Assembly: GCA_964187785.1 (NCBI GenBank)
Contig: OZ076415.1
Location: 64,976,001-65,040,000, forward strand
DNA from: Amphiscolops sp. MND2022
Taxonomy: Eukaryota
Reading direction: 5' to 3'
DNA length: 64,000 nucleotides
In this document: positions 1 to 12,735 of the stretch, piece by piece
Position numbering within the stretch: position 1 is the stretch's first letter
Layout of the letters: each line of letters starts with the position of its first letter
Position numbers and translations under genes: made by a program
The notes under the pieces: model-generated
The model's database searches: none
Seen by the model: the letters and a program-made list of their open reading frames with translations, nothing else
Told to the model about the DNA's origin: nothing

Positions 1-633
1 CCTTTGACCACAATATGTAGCAAGCTTCGAATCAAATAAAGTTTTAAAATTGAAAAAATCATTCTTGCATATATTTTTTGCAATTTTTTTCCAAAATAGT
101 TCAGTTTTCTCCCTAAATGCATTTGTGTCGAAATGTTTGTTACTGTTGGTCACTGACCAGAGCAGAGAATCTTGCAAGGAATCACAGTTATGATAACGTA
201 GTCAAATGCTCCACTAATTGTCGAAAATGTTCATTTTTCACTGGTTTCTGTCCGGTTTTATCTATGTTTGTTCGGCCCAATTTCAATTTCAAAGTCTTCA
301 TCGTGTACAAAATAAAAGAGGGTTATTTGTTTTTCAATGTACATCGATCCTGTGATCCAAATGTGGGTTCTTTTATACAAAGAATAGGGTTTCAGCCGCG
401 TTACAAAAATCACGATTCTAGAGATATATTTTTTCCAAAGTTTGCATTTTCGGGTTCTCCACATTTAAGAAGTAAAACTCGCTATCTATCTAGCTGTCTC
501 TATTAAGTCAAACATTAAATTGACAAAAATGAGACAAAAACTAAGGCAAGATTTCTATTTATTAACGTCCTATTCAAAAAATTTGAATGAAAAAGGATGA
601 ATAGAATAGTTAACTCAATTGGGTAGATCAATA

Positions 634-1180
634 GTGGGCACAAACTACGATCTAAGGAATAACATCGAAACGCACTTCTGTAACTAAGATCTAAAGAACT
701 AAGATCTAAATGTCATTTTTCGTAACTAAGATCTAGAGAATGCCAGCTCCCGAATCGTACCGAAAGTCTAAATTTTAGACGTTATTCCCGTTTTAATTTC
801 CGTTATTCCCATTTTTTAGATGTTACGGGTAAAGTATAAAATGCTTTAAAGTATAAAACGTGCCTCAGATATGTCCCCATTTCCTCTAGTGCCCGGCGGC
901 CCCTTGGGGCCGCTTATGTTCCCACCTTGCTAAGCGAGGTCAAACAGGAGCAAAGACCTAGCGGGAACGGAGATCGCGAAGCGATCGTAGTGGGAGCTGG
1001 TCTTTGCGACGGTGAGGGCGAGCGTGCATACACCGTATATGACTCCACATTATTCCTTAGACGTTATTCTAATTCAATTTAGACCTTAGTTACGGTGCAT
1101 GCTTTTTAGATCTTAGTTCTTCAGATCTTAGTTACGAAATTTCTTTATATCTTATTCCTTAGACCTTAGTTGCGGTCCCC
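634..1180. mobile_element. Mutator/foldback-like non-autonomous element
   Basis: 9-bp TSD AGATCAATA (625-633, 1181-1189); imperfect ~75-bp TIRs built of TAACTAAGATCT subrepeats. Confidence 0.75.
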
Positions 1181-1210
1181 AGATCAATACATAGTTGCAA
1201 TATTAAACTT

Positions 1211-1414
1211 ATCTTTCTCTGTTAATTGCCCCCACCAATTTAATTCCTAATCCCCCAGTTAAGCTGTCAAGTGTAATTTTCATTGAATTAATTGTAACAA
1301 CCAATCAAATTGCAGTATTTCATAATTCTAACTGCAACTGAAACTCCCCAATAGTGGTGGGGAATTAAAATTTCCGCGCTTACTGTGGGGGTAATGAATT
1401 AACAGAAAAGATCC
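1211..1414. mobile_element. Small MITE-like element
   Basis: Imperfect TIR ATCTTT(C/T)TCTGTTAATT..CCCCCA; TTAAACTT at 1203-1210 and 1415-1422. Confidence 0.4.
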
Positions 1415-1542
1415 TTAAACTTAAATTTGGATTAAAACCCAACTAGGATGGGAAATGAGCATAAATGTTCTTCTAGTTCCCACCCTTATGTACATGTTCA
1501 TCGATGTAAATGTATATTATATTATAATTATAATTAGCTAAC

Positions 1543-1720
1543 GGGGTTATAGGTGAAGATGGCGAGAATGCTGAACGTGAAGAGAGAAATGGCTAGGGAG
1601 AAGGTGGCTATGAAGATGCCCCCCAGAGGAATGCGCTCTTGACACCCAAAAATGGTCATGCACACACAGATAACCAGTGTAGCCACCATAGCCTGTACTA
1701 CTACCATGGTATCAAATAGG
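1543..1720 (-). CDS. Lifeguard-like coding exon 6 (LFDTMVVVQAM...TYNP)
   Basis: cctgtttcag| ... CCC|gttagc, 178 nt, phase 2->0; two TM-like segments. Confidence 0.8.
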
Positions 1721-4700
1721 CTGAAACAGGTGTCAAATTTGACATGACCTAAAACAGCTGTATGTCGAAAAAATCTGTCGAATATAGAGACCACTATGTA
1801 GTTACAATGGTCGGCTACTGAAAAACACTTACTAAGTTCTCACAACGCGAGCGTTACATTTTAGAAAAGCTTTTGGGGATAAAATTACCGCCTATTTTCA
1901 AACAATGGATAATAATTGCGATACGTTTCTAACGTTGAGAATGTAGGTCAACGCAAAAAAAAACGATTATACTGGGAGAAATTATCGCTAAAGAATCTAC
2001 ATATATCTTTGCTTTTCTAAAATGAAATTTGAGTGAGTATTTTTCGGTAGCGGAATGGTTGCGTGTATAATCATTATGAGTGCCCGGGTCGACCCTCCAT
2101 GGATATCTTAGTAAGATCTTGGCAAGATCTTGCCAAGATCTTGGAAAATTCTTAGCTAAGATCGTGACAAGATATTGCCAAGAATTGCAAGATGCCATGG
2201 TAAGATCTTATCAAGAGAGCCATGTTTCCAAGAAAAATCTTACTAAGAAGCCCAATATGGCAAGAAAAATCTAACTAAGAAGCCGAATATGGCAAGAAAA
2301 AAAATGCTACGAACTGCTCGATATCGAGAAAAAGTAAAATCAGAAAACCATTAAATTAAGAGTTATGCAAAAATAATCTAGACATCACTCTCATTGAACA
2401 AAATTACTGAATGATTTTTACAACCATTTCGATATCGATTTTTTTTTCAATTGCAAAACTGCCGCCAACAACGGCGTCAGATAAGCCTTGAGCTGTCATT
2501 ACCCTAAATAGAGCAATGACCGCCGTTTCTAGCAGTAATAAGGCTGCTAAACAGGCTCAAAGAAAGCTGGAAATATGATTATTACAAAAATTTCAGGAAT
2601 TTAAGGTCTTTCCTCTGTAACTTTCCGATAGTGGATCTGGACGTTTGAGAGCATATTTCTCCGTTCTGGAATCGACAGGAATGATAAATTACAAGTTTTG
2701 AAAAGCCCTCGAAATTACCTTTCATTTGGTACATTCGGCATTTTTCAGTCTTGAACAGGTGAGGAATTATTAGGATTCTCGTCAGAATTTCTGAAGTCAG
2801 ACTACGTTATCGTAATTTTTCACGCATTTTTGCATGCAAAATTTTTTCAGCAGGTTTAAGCATTTTGATTATGAAAACGAGTAGAAATAGTCGTTGTTGG
2901 GTGAAATGAGCCTTTAGATTGAGTCTCGGCTGCTTGTACCGAAGGTATAGTGTTTTTTAATAATCTTAAAATTTTGTCCATCGTGATAAGATACGATCTT
3001 GGAATAAGTATTATCTTAGTAAGATCTTAATAAGAATCTTGCCATGGGATCCATGGTTGCCAAGATGTAGTAAGAATTTGGCAAGATCTTGCCAAGACAG
3101 CCAAGATGCTAGTAAGAGGGTCAACCCGGGTGTACAAGGTACCAAAGATATGAAGTGACTAAGTAACTTGCAGTTCTACTGATACAGATTACTTTTCTTA
3201 TCTTGAAAAATGTAAAAATGTTTAAAGGGGCGATGTTAAAAGCGTGCAAAAGATTTAAGCAAGATAAGATAGTAAATACATCCTTGAACAACGCTAACTT
3301 ACCTTACCGCATTTTGTAAACAAAATTTCTGAACAATTCAACCCGGATCCAACGCAACATGGAATTCCATGCGATTCCGTGCATGTAATCATATGATTCC
3401 ATAGGATAATGTCATGCCGTTTCCATGCATGGAATTGTATGGAAATATATGGGCGAAACCCTTCGAAAAAGTTCACAGACCGCGTAAAAGTTAAGTTTCA
3501 GCATAATAAAAATGAAACACAAAAGAATGAAAATAGAAAACATTCGTTGAAGATTTCGGTTGTTATTAAACCACCACGTGTAATCAACACGTTTACAAAA
3601 AGAAACGTGATCTAGTGTAATACTCGATAATAGTTGCAGCTATTATCGAGTATTACACTAGATCACGTTTCTTTTTGTGAAAGTGTTGATTTCAAGTTTC
3701 TGAGGGATCGACTGACTACAGTAAGCCAAACAAACATAATCTCACAAAAATAGTCTAGAAATTTCTAAAACTACTAAGAAAACTACGGCGGCCAATTTGC
3801 CAAGTTTTTCCTAAATGTTTTACCTTTACAAAGCGCGTTTTTGAGCATAATGTCGGCTCTTCGCAAACCTTTTCGCAACCTCTTTGCATAATGTCGGCTC
3901 TGTGCAACTTTTTTTAATTGAAAACTTTTCGAAAAAAAAATAAAATTGGGTTTTTGTGATATTTCCAGTTTGACAGAAGTATCTTGTTTACCCCTTGGAA
4001 ATTATCTGCATGGAAACTTTCTATTGTATCAGTATACGAAGAGCATCGCAGTGCCACTGCCCCTCTTGTTCACAAATAATTAATCTTCGTCAGTTTCAAA
4101 AAATCCACCTTTACCAGGTGCCATAGCAAAAAAGTTATCCATGCAAGTTCGTTCATTCAAGAAACGGTAAAATATTCTAGTTGGAACAATAGAGTTCAAT
4201 GTTTAAAATTGCACGAAACTATAACACGATGTATCCACAGATGTGATTCTTATGAAAGCAAGGTTAACTAACTGTCAACCGCACCGATCACATCAACAAA
4301 AACGTAATTTAGACGATGCCCTGATGCTCACTTCAGCTGAAAAATGATTCTCCTGTAAAAAATGCTTAAACTATAAATAAGGCGAAGACGCGACAACACA
4401 AACGTTAAATTTTAGACAATTCTCTTCCCTGGTGCAAGAAGTGCAGCTTTTTGAAAACGAAACAAGACGCAGCGAAAGCAAAGAAGTTCATGAAAATGCA
4501 AGTTCAAGTTTGCATGAAAATGCAAAGAAGTTCGAAGAAAAAAGTTTTGACTCATCTTAGCCCATTTTAAAAGAAAACACCTACTCTATGAACAAGCTAA
4601 GTGCCTAATTGTTCTATTGTTGAGCTATGTCGATACCTGCACCCAACATAACAAATATTTATATTTTTGCATGTAACATTATAGAAAACGTCCAAAATTG

Positions 4701-7700
4701 GAAAATTTTCATATTTTCGACAACTTTGGGGTCAAGTTGAAAAACTTTTAGAACAACAAACAGATTTGAAGAACAACAAACTGCTTATGCCTCTTCTAAA
4801 AGCCCGCTGGATACAGAGTTTAGTCGTTGGTGAATGCTTACACCGTTCTAAACCATGAAATAGCTCGAACATATTACAAAACATTGTGTAAGACGACACA
4901 ATCTTTTCAATTTTCGTGTCATTATGACGTTTCCGCCCTACGTAGAAAATTGCAAAAAATATTTTCCTTTGGAAGGCGTCCGGCATAGCTAGTGATATTC
5001 CTTGCAGCATTTCAAAAATTATACATTTGACAGATTAGGTTCGAACAAGCCGGGAACGACACAAGTCGGCGTCATATCTAAGGCTCGATGATATTCTAGG
5101 AAAAACTCAGCCTATTGTGAAATTTTTCATTTCTCACACAGTGCCAAAAATTCCGAAAGGGTTTTCCCCGAAACTCGAAAGCAGTTTTTTTCTGCACTGG
5201 AAACATCAGAAAAAAAACTAATTTGCCCTTGGGAAAAAATAAATTTTTGCATATTCAAAGTATTTGGTAAAAAAGTCGCATAATGCCGAAAAACCCAAAA
5301 AAGACCCTTTAGGCTCATAAAACGTTTTTTTTACAAACCAACAACTTCAAAAAATTGAAAGGTTCTCTTTGATAGAATTCAAAAATTTTCGGAAAAAAAG
5401 TTGCATAGTGCTGAAAACAACCCACGCTCTCCTGCTTCTGAAAGTCTGAAATTTAGTTGGCAAAGGAGTTGACCAAATGAACAAGAAAAAAGTGGACCGA
5501 TCGCGTTGAACTGAGAAAAAAACTAGCCACTGTAAGAGTCGCGCATTTTCTTCGAAAACGCAGGACTAAAAAGAGTTTTGCGGTTTCAAGTAAAGTTTCA
5601 TAAGAACTTTCGAGAATAAATGTGTCCGATTTTTTTTAAAACACAACTACTGGTACTACTAGAAACTGATGTTGCGTTCAAAAACGCCAACTGGATTCCG
5701 GGAGGTCAATGGAAGTTCTATTCTACAAAACGGTTAGTGGATATTGAACAAAACTTGGGGTTAATTTATCAAGTAACGCGCGTTTTTGTCATATTTTGTT
5801 GTTTCTTTTTGGGTCCTTTTAGGCCAATTCTAACAAGAAAGAGCTGTTATTTCTTCAAAAACGCCTACTGGATACCGGGATTAGCCAGTGCAAGTTTTTA
5901 AAAGCAATATTTGCAAAAAAATGCTGAAAAATCAAACAAAAAACTGCATTGAAACAGTCCATAATTTAGAAATTTTGAGTTTTTTGCCTTTTTTGAATCT
6001 TTTGTAGGTATTTTCATATGATGCGGAAAATTTTACAATTTTCACTTGGAGTCATTTTGTAGTGTTTTTGAGGTGAAATGCTGCATACGTTTTGCATTGC
6101 TAGTTCTTTCAGTTTCGAACATTTTCGAACTTTCAATCCATGAAATCTCTCAAAAATTCTACAGAAAATGTATGCAAACGACACAAACTTGACAATATTC
6201 GGTTCTTCGAAGTTTTTGAATCACTTTGAGGCATTTTTCTATTACGAACCTTATTTATCTCTTGACGAAAGCTACTGGACCAAAATTTTTCCCTTGTTCA
6301 AACGTTTTCAAACCAAAAACAATTCCACCTCGTTATCGAGACAATCACGTTGTTCTTACTTTCTGGCGTCTCAAATGTGTCTCAGAAGAAATCGCTGCTT
6401 CTCAAAAACACGCTAAGTTGTTTGCAGTTTTAACGTGACTGACTTCACTGACGAGATGGCGGCAAACTTGATGACGTCTCCGCTGCAAAAAATAGAAGTA
6501 AGGAACGCGAACGCCTATAAAATGCCACGGTAACAAAAATCCGCCAAAACTTGAATAAATCTTCGAGACAGTTTCATAAAAATCAATCACAACTGTGAAA
6601 TTTTATTGCATGGAGATATCCTTAGGAAAGTTAGAAAACTACACATGACGTTGTTGCAGTATTCACAAACATGTATGTAGTTCAAGCAATACAATCCAGG
6701 GTTAGCTGAGGTGACTGAGTAGATGTCAGCAACTCGCCAAATGTCCGAGTCGGCAGTAGAAGTTGTCTCTCCAAGTGTGATCTTATTAAAACGACCATAA
6801 ACTGACTGACAGTCTCAATGATAGGACATTTAAAGTACCTACCCGGCGTTTCGAAGTTACTCCCAGTCGATAAATACGGTGTAAAGATTTGGAAATGAAC
6901 TGTTAAAAACTGTTTTTTTACAATTATTTTTTTCAGAAAAGAATCTTTGGAGAACCAAATTTACCAACACATTCGACACAAATTGTACCCGCCTTTTGAC
7001 TACGTCATCGTTATCATTATATCGCCGCTACATTAGACCGATATGGTTCCACAGAAACGCTGTTTCATCACGAAAGATCAAATAGTTCCGTACGAAAACC
7101 CTATTGGTTCCATGTATGCAAATCAGTGAATTAGGTTTTCCCAAAAAACGCGCTTATCGCTTATCGCGCTTATGACTGGCACGCTTACGCTTAAGCGGCG
7201 CTTTTTGGAAGAAAACGCTGGCTCAGCGAATTATGGTTCTCAAAAGCTGCAATTTTTTGAAAAACATTGCGAACTTTTGAAAATTTCCATCGGTTACTTT
7301 CTTATCTCAACAAACTACCACCACCAGAGACAAATTTTTCTATTGTACTAGTGTCGGGTGAAATTCTCAGTACAAAAAAACCTACCACTGTTAGAGTTGG
7401 GCACTTTGTGTAACCAAAATAGCTATAATTTCTGACCAATTAGATAAGCGCAAATTTCAGTCGTCGCTTTCGCTGTCGGCGCTTATCCGGATATTACGTC
7501 GCTTTCGCTTTTTTTGCGCTTTCGCTACAAGCGACCTAATTCACTGATGCAAATGCATGGAAAGATTGTCATAGAATTACAGATGAATTCTAATGGAACA
7601 GCGTTCATCATAAACCTCCATCTATGGAATGGCATTAACCTCTCGTGAATCCGAATCCGGGTTTTACCATTTCATGCTCGGAAGAATCGATGAACATTTG

Positions 7701-10700
7701 ATGACCGACATTCAATTAAGCCGCCATTAAAACCGTTTAATTGAACAATTGACTACTTTATCTGAAACTAAATGTAAGAAAAAACTCAGTATGAAAGGAT
7801 TCGACTTGAAATGTCTGTGAATCATGGCCCACTTTTTGAACCATAGCACTGAAGTTCTGATTCCTGAACAAAACTTCTAGATTTTGAAACCAATCTAGTT
7901 GCAGCTGTAAAACTCTATGACCTACGATCCCCAATTCACCTGTCGGTGATCTAAAAGCAGCAGGTCGCAATTTGCTATTTTCAACCAATTGGAGAAGAGT
8001 AATCACGTGACTCACCTGGCCACAGCTCCCAGCATGTACCCTGTGGCAAGTGACTGAAACAAAAATACAAAATTTGTACCATGTTAAAGTTGCAAGAATC
8101 AGGAACTATGCTACTCTCTCGGGAAAAAATTATATAATCGAGCGTTCCAAATTGACAAGCGTTCCATGTATCATGAGTAGCCATGATCTTGACAAGGGTA
8201 CCATGGTTAGCCATGATTTAGCAAGATTAACCATGTTCATGACAAGCGTTCCGTGGCTTCAAACACCGAGTCATTGCTTCTCTTGCTATTTCTATGTGCA
8301 TCCAAAATACACGTGTGTGCCTATCTGTATATTCAAGTCTATATTAGTCAATCTAACCTTGAAGGTTATAAGAAATCAGTTTTATATCAGTTCATATCAG
8401 TTTTAAAATATCAGATATAAAAAAGTTTTCTATAACTGTCTTCCTCAGGCACTAAATTATCCTACTCATTTGTCTTGCATTCTATGGAAATAACAAATCA
8501 CGGTAGAAATTTTGATCACTTTTCCATTTAAGTGATTCACGAAGTTCAAAAAATCGAAGTGATTTGATCGCGGAAAAGTGTTTCTCGCATTTTGCGAAGT
8601 GACAAAATGAAACGCTGGTTTTTAGCGGCCACTTTATGTACTATACGTCCTTTGAAAGATTAAGTGTTAGGGATTCATATGAAGATTTTTTCTTGTTGAA
8701 AAAGCTTCAAGTTGATTCTGGAATTAAGCACTTTCAACATTTTATATTTTTTAGATTACTTTTTGAAGCTATCTTAAAGATGTTTTTAATATTCAGAAGC
8801 TGTATTTTAAAACAATGTAAAATTCAATAATCTTATGGAGATTGAAAAAGGTGCGAAACTTACGAAGATTAGGAGAAAGATGTAGTTGTAGGGTACTTTC
8901 CTCCGAGCAGACGTTGAACATACGATGATTAAATACACCAAGAAGTACACACATCTGAAACATGTTGAAATTTTGAGTGTCAATTCGAACCCATCTGAAC
9001 GCCAGATATTGCAGATGAAACATTCAGGTTTCAAAGTCGCTTTATAATATTGAAAAAGGAAGATGTTCTGTTGATACAATTTCGAAAAATTCAAATTCGG
9101 TATTTTGCATCAAATTAAAGTATTGAAAACTTCGGGTCCTTTCTTCCTCTCAAGGACATTCCACGAACTTGTTTCTGGTAGAGTATTTTCCGAAACTTCG
9201 GATCGCCACTGTATAGAAGGGACAAAATATCAACTCACGTCAAAACCGGGTGAACATGTTAAATGCATATGAAAGATTTGCCTATAGGATACTGCATATT
9301 CAATGCCTTTTGAATGAAATTTACAAAAACTTCCCTGCATCATGAAAGTTTAGTATGATTCTTACAGCGCGACAATGAGAAGAATCCACCATGTGTCTGA
9401 GTCCTCGTACTTGCCAGTGCCACTCACAAAATGTTTGACGTCATTGATGAATGAGAAGACAGTGACAATGCCGAAAGTGATCAGCAGTTGCAAGAACAAC
9501 AGAGCATACACCTGGGTATAGAAAAAAAACATGGGTCATTTTATTCAACTGTGGAAACCACATTCCAGAAAAAGTTCTCAAATGATATCGACATCCCCGA
9601 ATACAGCGAAAAGTGTTGGAATGGTCTCCTCTTTTACATAATATTTGTTTGATTGTTCAGTGTATATGATTCTGATTGCAGTATTTTTCTAAACAACTAT
9701 ACACTGCTTTGGTTTTTAGAACAAAACTATTGTTTTAATAAATAACCAAGATTAATTCAGTGTTTCTTACATTTCGAAATTATTCGATTAAGTTTGGTAA
9801 ATGAAAAGGTTTTTCTGATAATTACATTCCATAGTGGCACAATTCTAAAAAAAAACATGGCTCACATGCAAGGTGTCATGGTTTGGCGTTGGCATGGTTA
9901 TGAAAGGCTTACGATCATAGTTTGCGCAGTATTCAGGGTCAACTCATTATAGATAGAAAGTTAATCTTTCTTCCATATTGTGCGATTTGGAAGAGGCTAC
10001 ATGTAAAAGTTTACCTTACAGATAAACCCTGCTCTCAATGAAGCATCGGTGCAGTCGGAAATCTTCAGATACATCGAATTATAGTTATCCACTGATTCAT
10101 GGTCCCGATCCGATGGCTGTCCTAGAGAACGAACACATGAAAATCTGAACCTTCAAACTAAACATCGATAAAACTTCATTTTTTTCGGATTTCTTTTAAT
10201 ATCTTGGTAGATTATTTTGAGAGTTTTTTATGAAAAGACTTGAGTGCTTTCATTAAAAACTATCAGAATGATGTGACAAGATTTTGAAATGTATCCGAAA
10301 AAAAATGAAGTTTCGTCAATTTTTATTTTCTACTTTTTAAAATTTTTATAAATTGTGAATATTTCGAGATTCTCACCTTTCTCACAAACTGTTACGCACC
10401 CTAGTCGCGATTGCTTGAACTTTTTACATGCTGCATGGAAACATGCATGAGGCTAATTTTTTCAAAACATGGAAAATTCCGGGAGCCTGCATGGGAATAT
10501 TTTGTAGGATTACCATGCAGCCTCCGCTATTTGAATTAAAACTGAAAACATTTTCACTTGTTCACCTGGCTTGGGGTCAGCATCTGCGCAGTAAGGGGGA
10601 GGGGCGTAGTCTGTTGTTGTTCCGTAAGCTGATCCAGGGGCCACAAACCCAAGGGGCGGGGGCGGGGGCTGGTCGGCGTAAGAAGTCCCTTCACCGGGCA

Positions 10701-10737
10701 CTCCTTTCTTGTCTACTGTGGATTCCTCCGAAGCCAT
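1543..10737 (-). CDS. Lifeguard / TMBIM (Bax inhibitor-1 family, GRINA/FAIM2-like) membrane protein, 5' part, 6 coding exons; 3' end outside window
   Basis: join(10737-10566,10121-10015,9511-9366,8954-8864,8053-8016,1720-1543); all introns GT-AG and phase-consistent. Product has a Pro-rich PPPY-type N-terminus, then LRAGFICK|VYALLFLQLLITFG (family motif F-I-R-K-V-Y), SARRKVPYNYIFLLIF|SLATGYMLGAVAS and hydrophobic TM segments. Ortholog not resolvable. Confidence 0.9.
2083..3130. mobile_element. CMC/EnSpm (CACTA)-like non-autonomous element
   Basis: TIR CCCGGGT(C/T)GACCCT, 2-bp TSD TG, subterminal tandem CTTGGCAAGAT-type repeats at both ends. Confidence 0.75.
3595..3678. repeat. Perfect inverted repeat, 39-bp arms with 6-nt spacer
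   Basis: ACAAAAAGAAACGTGATCTAGTGTAATACTCGATAATAG-ttgcag-exact reverse complement. Confidence 0.95.
5044..5572 (-). mobile_element. Helentron/DINE-1-like (HINE) family A copy
   Basis: AACAAG(A/C)CGGGAACG terminus, subTIR AGTCGGCG, far-end hairpin ending GACTAAAAA; homologous to other copies in the window. Confidence 0.7.
7124..7546. mobile_element. hAT-like MITE
   Basis: 13-bp TIR CAGTGAATTAGGT, 8-bp TSD ATGCAAAT (7116-7123, 7547-7554), GCGCTT/TCGCTT subterminal repeats. Confidence 0.85.
8016..8053 (-). CDS. Lifeguard-like coding exon 5, 38 nt (SLATGYMLGAVAS)
   Basis: tttttgtttcag| ... CCAG|gtgagt, phase 0->2; supplies the family TLAxSYMLG-like segment. Confidence 0.85.
8864..8954 (-). CDS. 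Lifeguard-like coding exon 4 (CVYFLVY...RRKVPYNYIFLLIF)
   Basis: tgtttcag| ... TTC|gtaagt, 91 nt, phase 2->0. Confidence 0.9.
9366..9511 (-). CDS. Lifeguard-like coding exon 3 (VYALLFLQLL...LLIVAL)
   Basis: tatacccag| ... CT|gtaag, 146 nt, phase 0->2. Confidence 0.9.
10015..10121 (-). CDS. Lifeguard-like coding exon 2 (GQPSDRD...AGFICK)
   Basis: ttctctag| ... AAG|gtaaac, 107 nt, phase 1->0. Confidence 0.85.
10399..10565. mobile_element. Truncated CMC-like MITE (one TIR) abutting the Lifeguard exon 1 donor
   Basis: CCCTAGTCG(C/A)GATTGCTTGAACTTTTTACATG...AAAACTGAAAACA matches the reverse complement of the right end of 17405-17953. Confidence 0.75.
10566..10737 (-). CDS. Lifeguard-like coding exon 1 (MASEE...PKP)
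   Basis: ATG at 10737, upstream acceptor ttgttacag| (exon starts 10761), donor CCAG|gtgaac, phase 1. Confidence 0.8.
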
Positions 10738-12735
10738 TCCACAACTTTCTCAATTTAGTACCTGTAACAATTTTATTTTGGGTCTCAGCGGTTTTTGACT
10801 ATGCATTATTTTTCGTTTTTTTTTAAAAAATCGGTTAAAAATCTTAGTTTTTGAGCGAATATTTTTTGGAATATGTTTCCTGCATTTTTCAGTTGAAACT
10901 ACGGGAGATAGTCGTTAATTATTTCCTATTCGGCCTAGGGGTTAGACTATATTCATGTTTGTAAATACACTACACAAATTGTTGAAAAAAGTGTGGAAAA
11001 TGTTAACAAGGATGACGGGGATCACTGGGTTCGATTCCCGCGCTGGACAATTTTTTTCCAAACCATTCCCTAGGGTAGGAGATTGCATCCGACAAATCTC
11101 TATCATTTCAAACTGTATTATGCAAAACCGTTTTCTGATTTGAAAAAAAAATAAAATCTTCGATAAAAATGCGCTATATCCGAATTATTGACAAAATTTT
11201 CAAAGATCTGTCCATGAAGGAGACCAGATTTCGCACGTAGTCATTACAGAACTTTCGTATCATTTTAAATTGCAGTATGATATAGTTTGATGACGCAGTG
11301 AATGGCGTTTTCTGATATAACGTATATAGCGATTAAAAATGCCTTATATCCGAATTATTCACGTTATTTCGAGTTCAGATCAAGTCTTACAATAAAAAAC
11401 GCCGTGAAAAGACTCATGTTTAAATGATCATCCTGGAGCCCTGATGCATATCTGCTTGAACTGGATTTCAAATCTGTTTTATTTGAAACTATTCGGTTAC
11501 TTAGTTTTTTAAAACAATTGAGATTTGCTCACTTTTTTCTACTAACGTCTTGTAACAATTTACGAAAAATATTGCAGTGCAACTGCGCCTCTGGTTATTA
11601 TTACATCGTTCATTTCAGGAATTCCAATTTTAACCGCGATCATGAAAAATTCTTTATACGAAATGTTTTCACACATGTTGTGAGCAAATGACTCTAATAC
11701 TTACTCAAATGCAAATGAATCAAATCAACATGTAACAACACCAATTGAGATGATTTCAAATCAGTTTCGTCGGTCCCTGAACTAAAATGAAAAATAGAGT
11801 AACCATAACTTTAGACTGTTTTCTTACCTTCAAAATTGGACAAACTGCAACTAAAGTGGTCAACTTTGAACAAATGTTAATGCGGCGACCTGATGATCAA
11901 TGCAAGTTCAATTGCGATTGGTCAGATTAATTTTGGCTTCTCAATGGGTCTCGTGAATCACACGGGTACTTTTAAACGAGTAAACGAAATGACGACATTT
12001 GGATTTGAATCAAAGCAAACATCTGAGAAACAGCCCAAATTTGACTGTGACGTTTCAGGATGTATTTGTTTACAACACCAAACTTTCAATATTACTCAAC
12101 AAACGAAATATCGGAAAAACTCAATTATATAGTCAGTAACTCCTTGCATGGATGGTTCGGAGGGGAGAAATAAGACACAAGTTCAAAAACCATTATTTCG
12201 ACATTGTTTGCGTTGAAATTTTGGTTCAATAAAATATTTGATGTCGACATATTCCTACCATTACATTGACTGTCCGTTGAAATAATAACTCATTAGATTT
12301 TATCACGGAGAAATATGGGTCTTATATACTATTTTATCTAGTTCCAAGCGTGAATTTTTTACTATTTTGGACAATAATATCAAACAATAGAGTAAATTTT
12401 TTGCCTGAAGTGTCAAAACAACTGTAGAGACAATCCTCCAAGTATTCACATTCATATAATATTCTCAGAAGAGTGAAATATTTTTATTCAAGAACAAAAT
12501 GTGCTTTCGTGTTGGGGGAAAATTCGCAATAAGGTGTACCTGGGGGAAAATTGAACACATGATTTGATGGTTCTGATGATAATTCATGTGTTCAAAAACG
12601 ATTCTGAGCCGTGAATTCTAGTCAATGATGTCTGAATGTCGACACAATCCTGTCTATCATACTTCTTGATTAAAATTGCCTAAGAAGTCAAATTGTATTT
12701 CGAGAAAACCTACCATCCGAGCTTGGCCTTCATTA

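Noticed and set aside
1-1542. Remaining Lifeguard 3' exons (YDTQ / YLD segments)
   Set aside because: No matching frame with splice sites was found; they are presumably outside the window.
3980-4330. Minus-strand PGKGGFFETDE resembling a Merlin/ISXO2 transposase motif
   Set aside because: Very short match among several stops, with no TIRs identified; cannot be supported without an HMM search.
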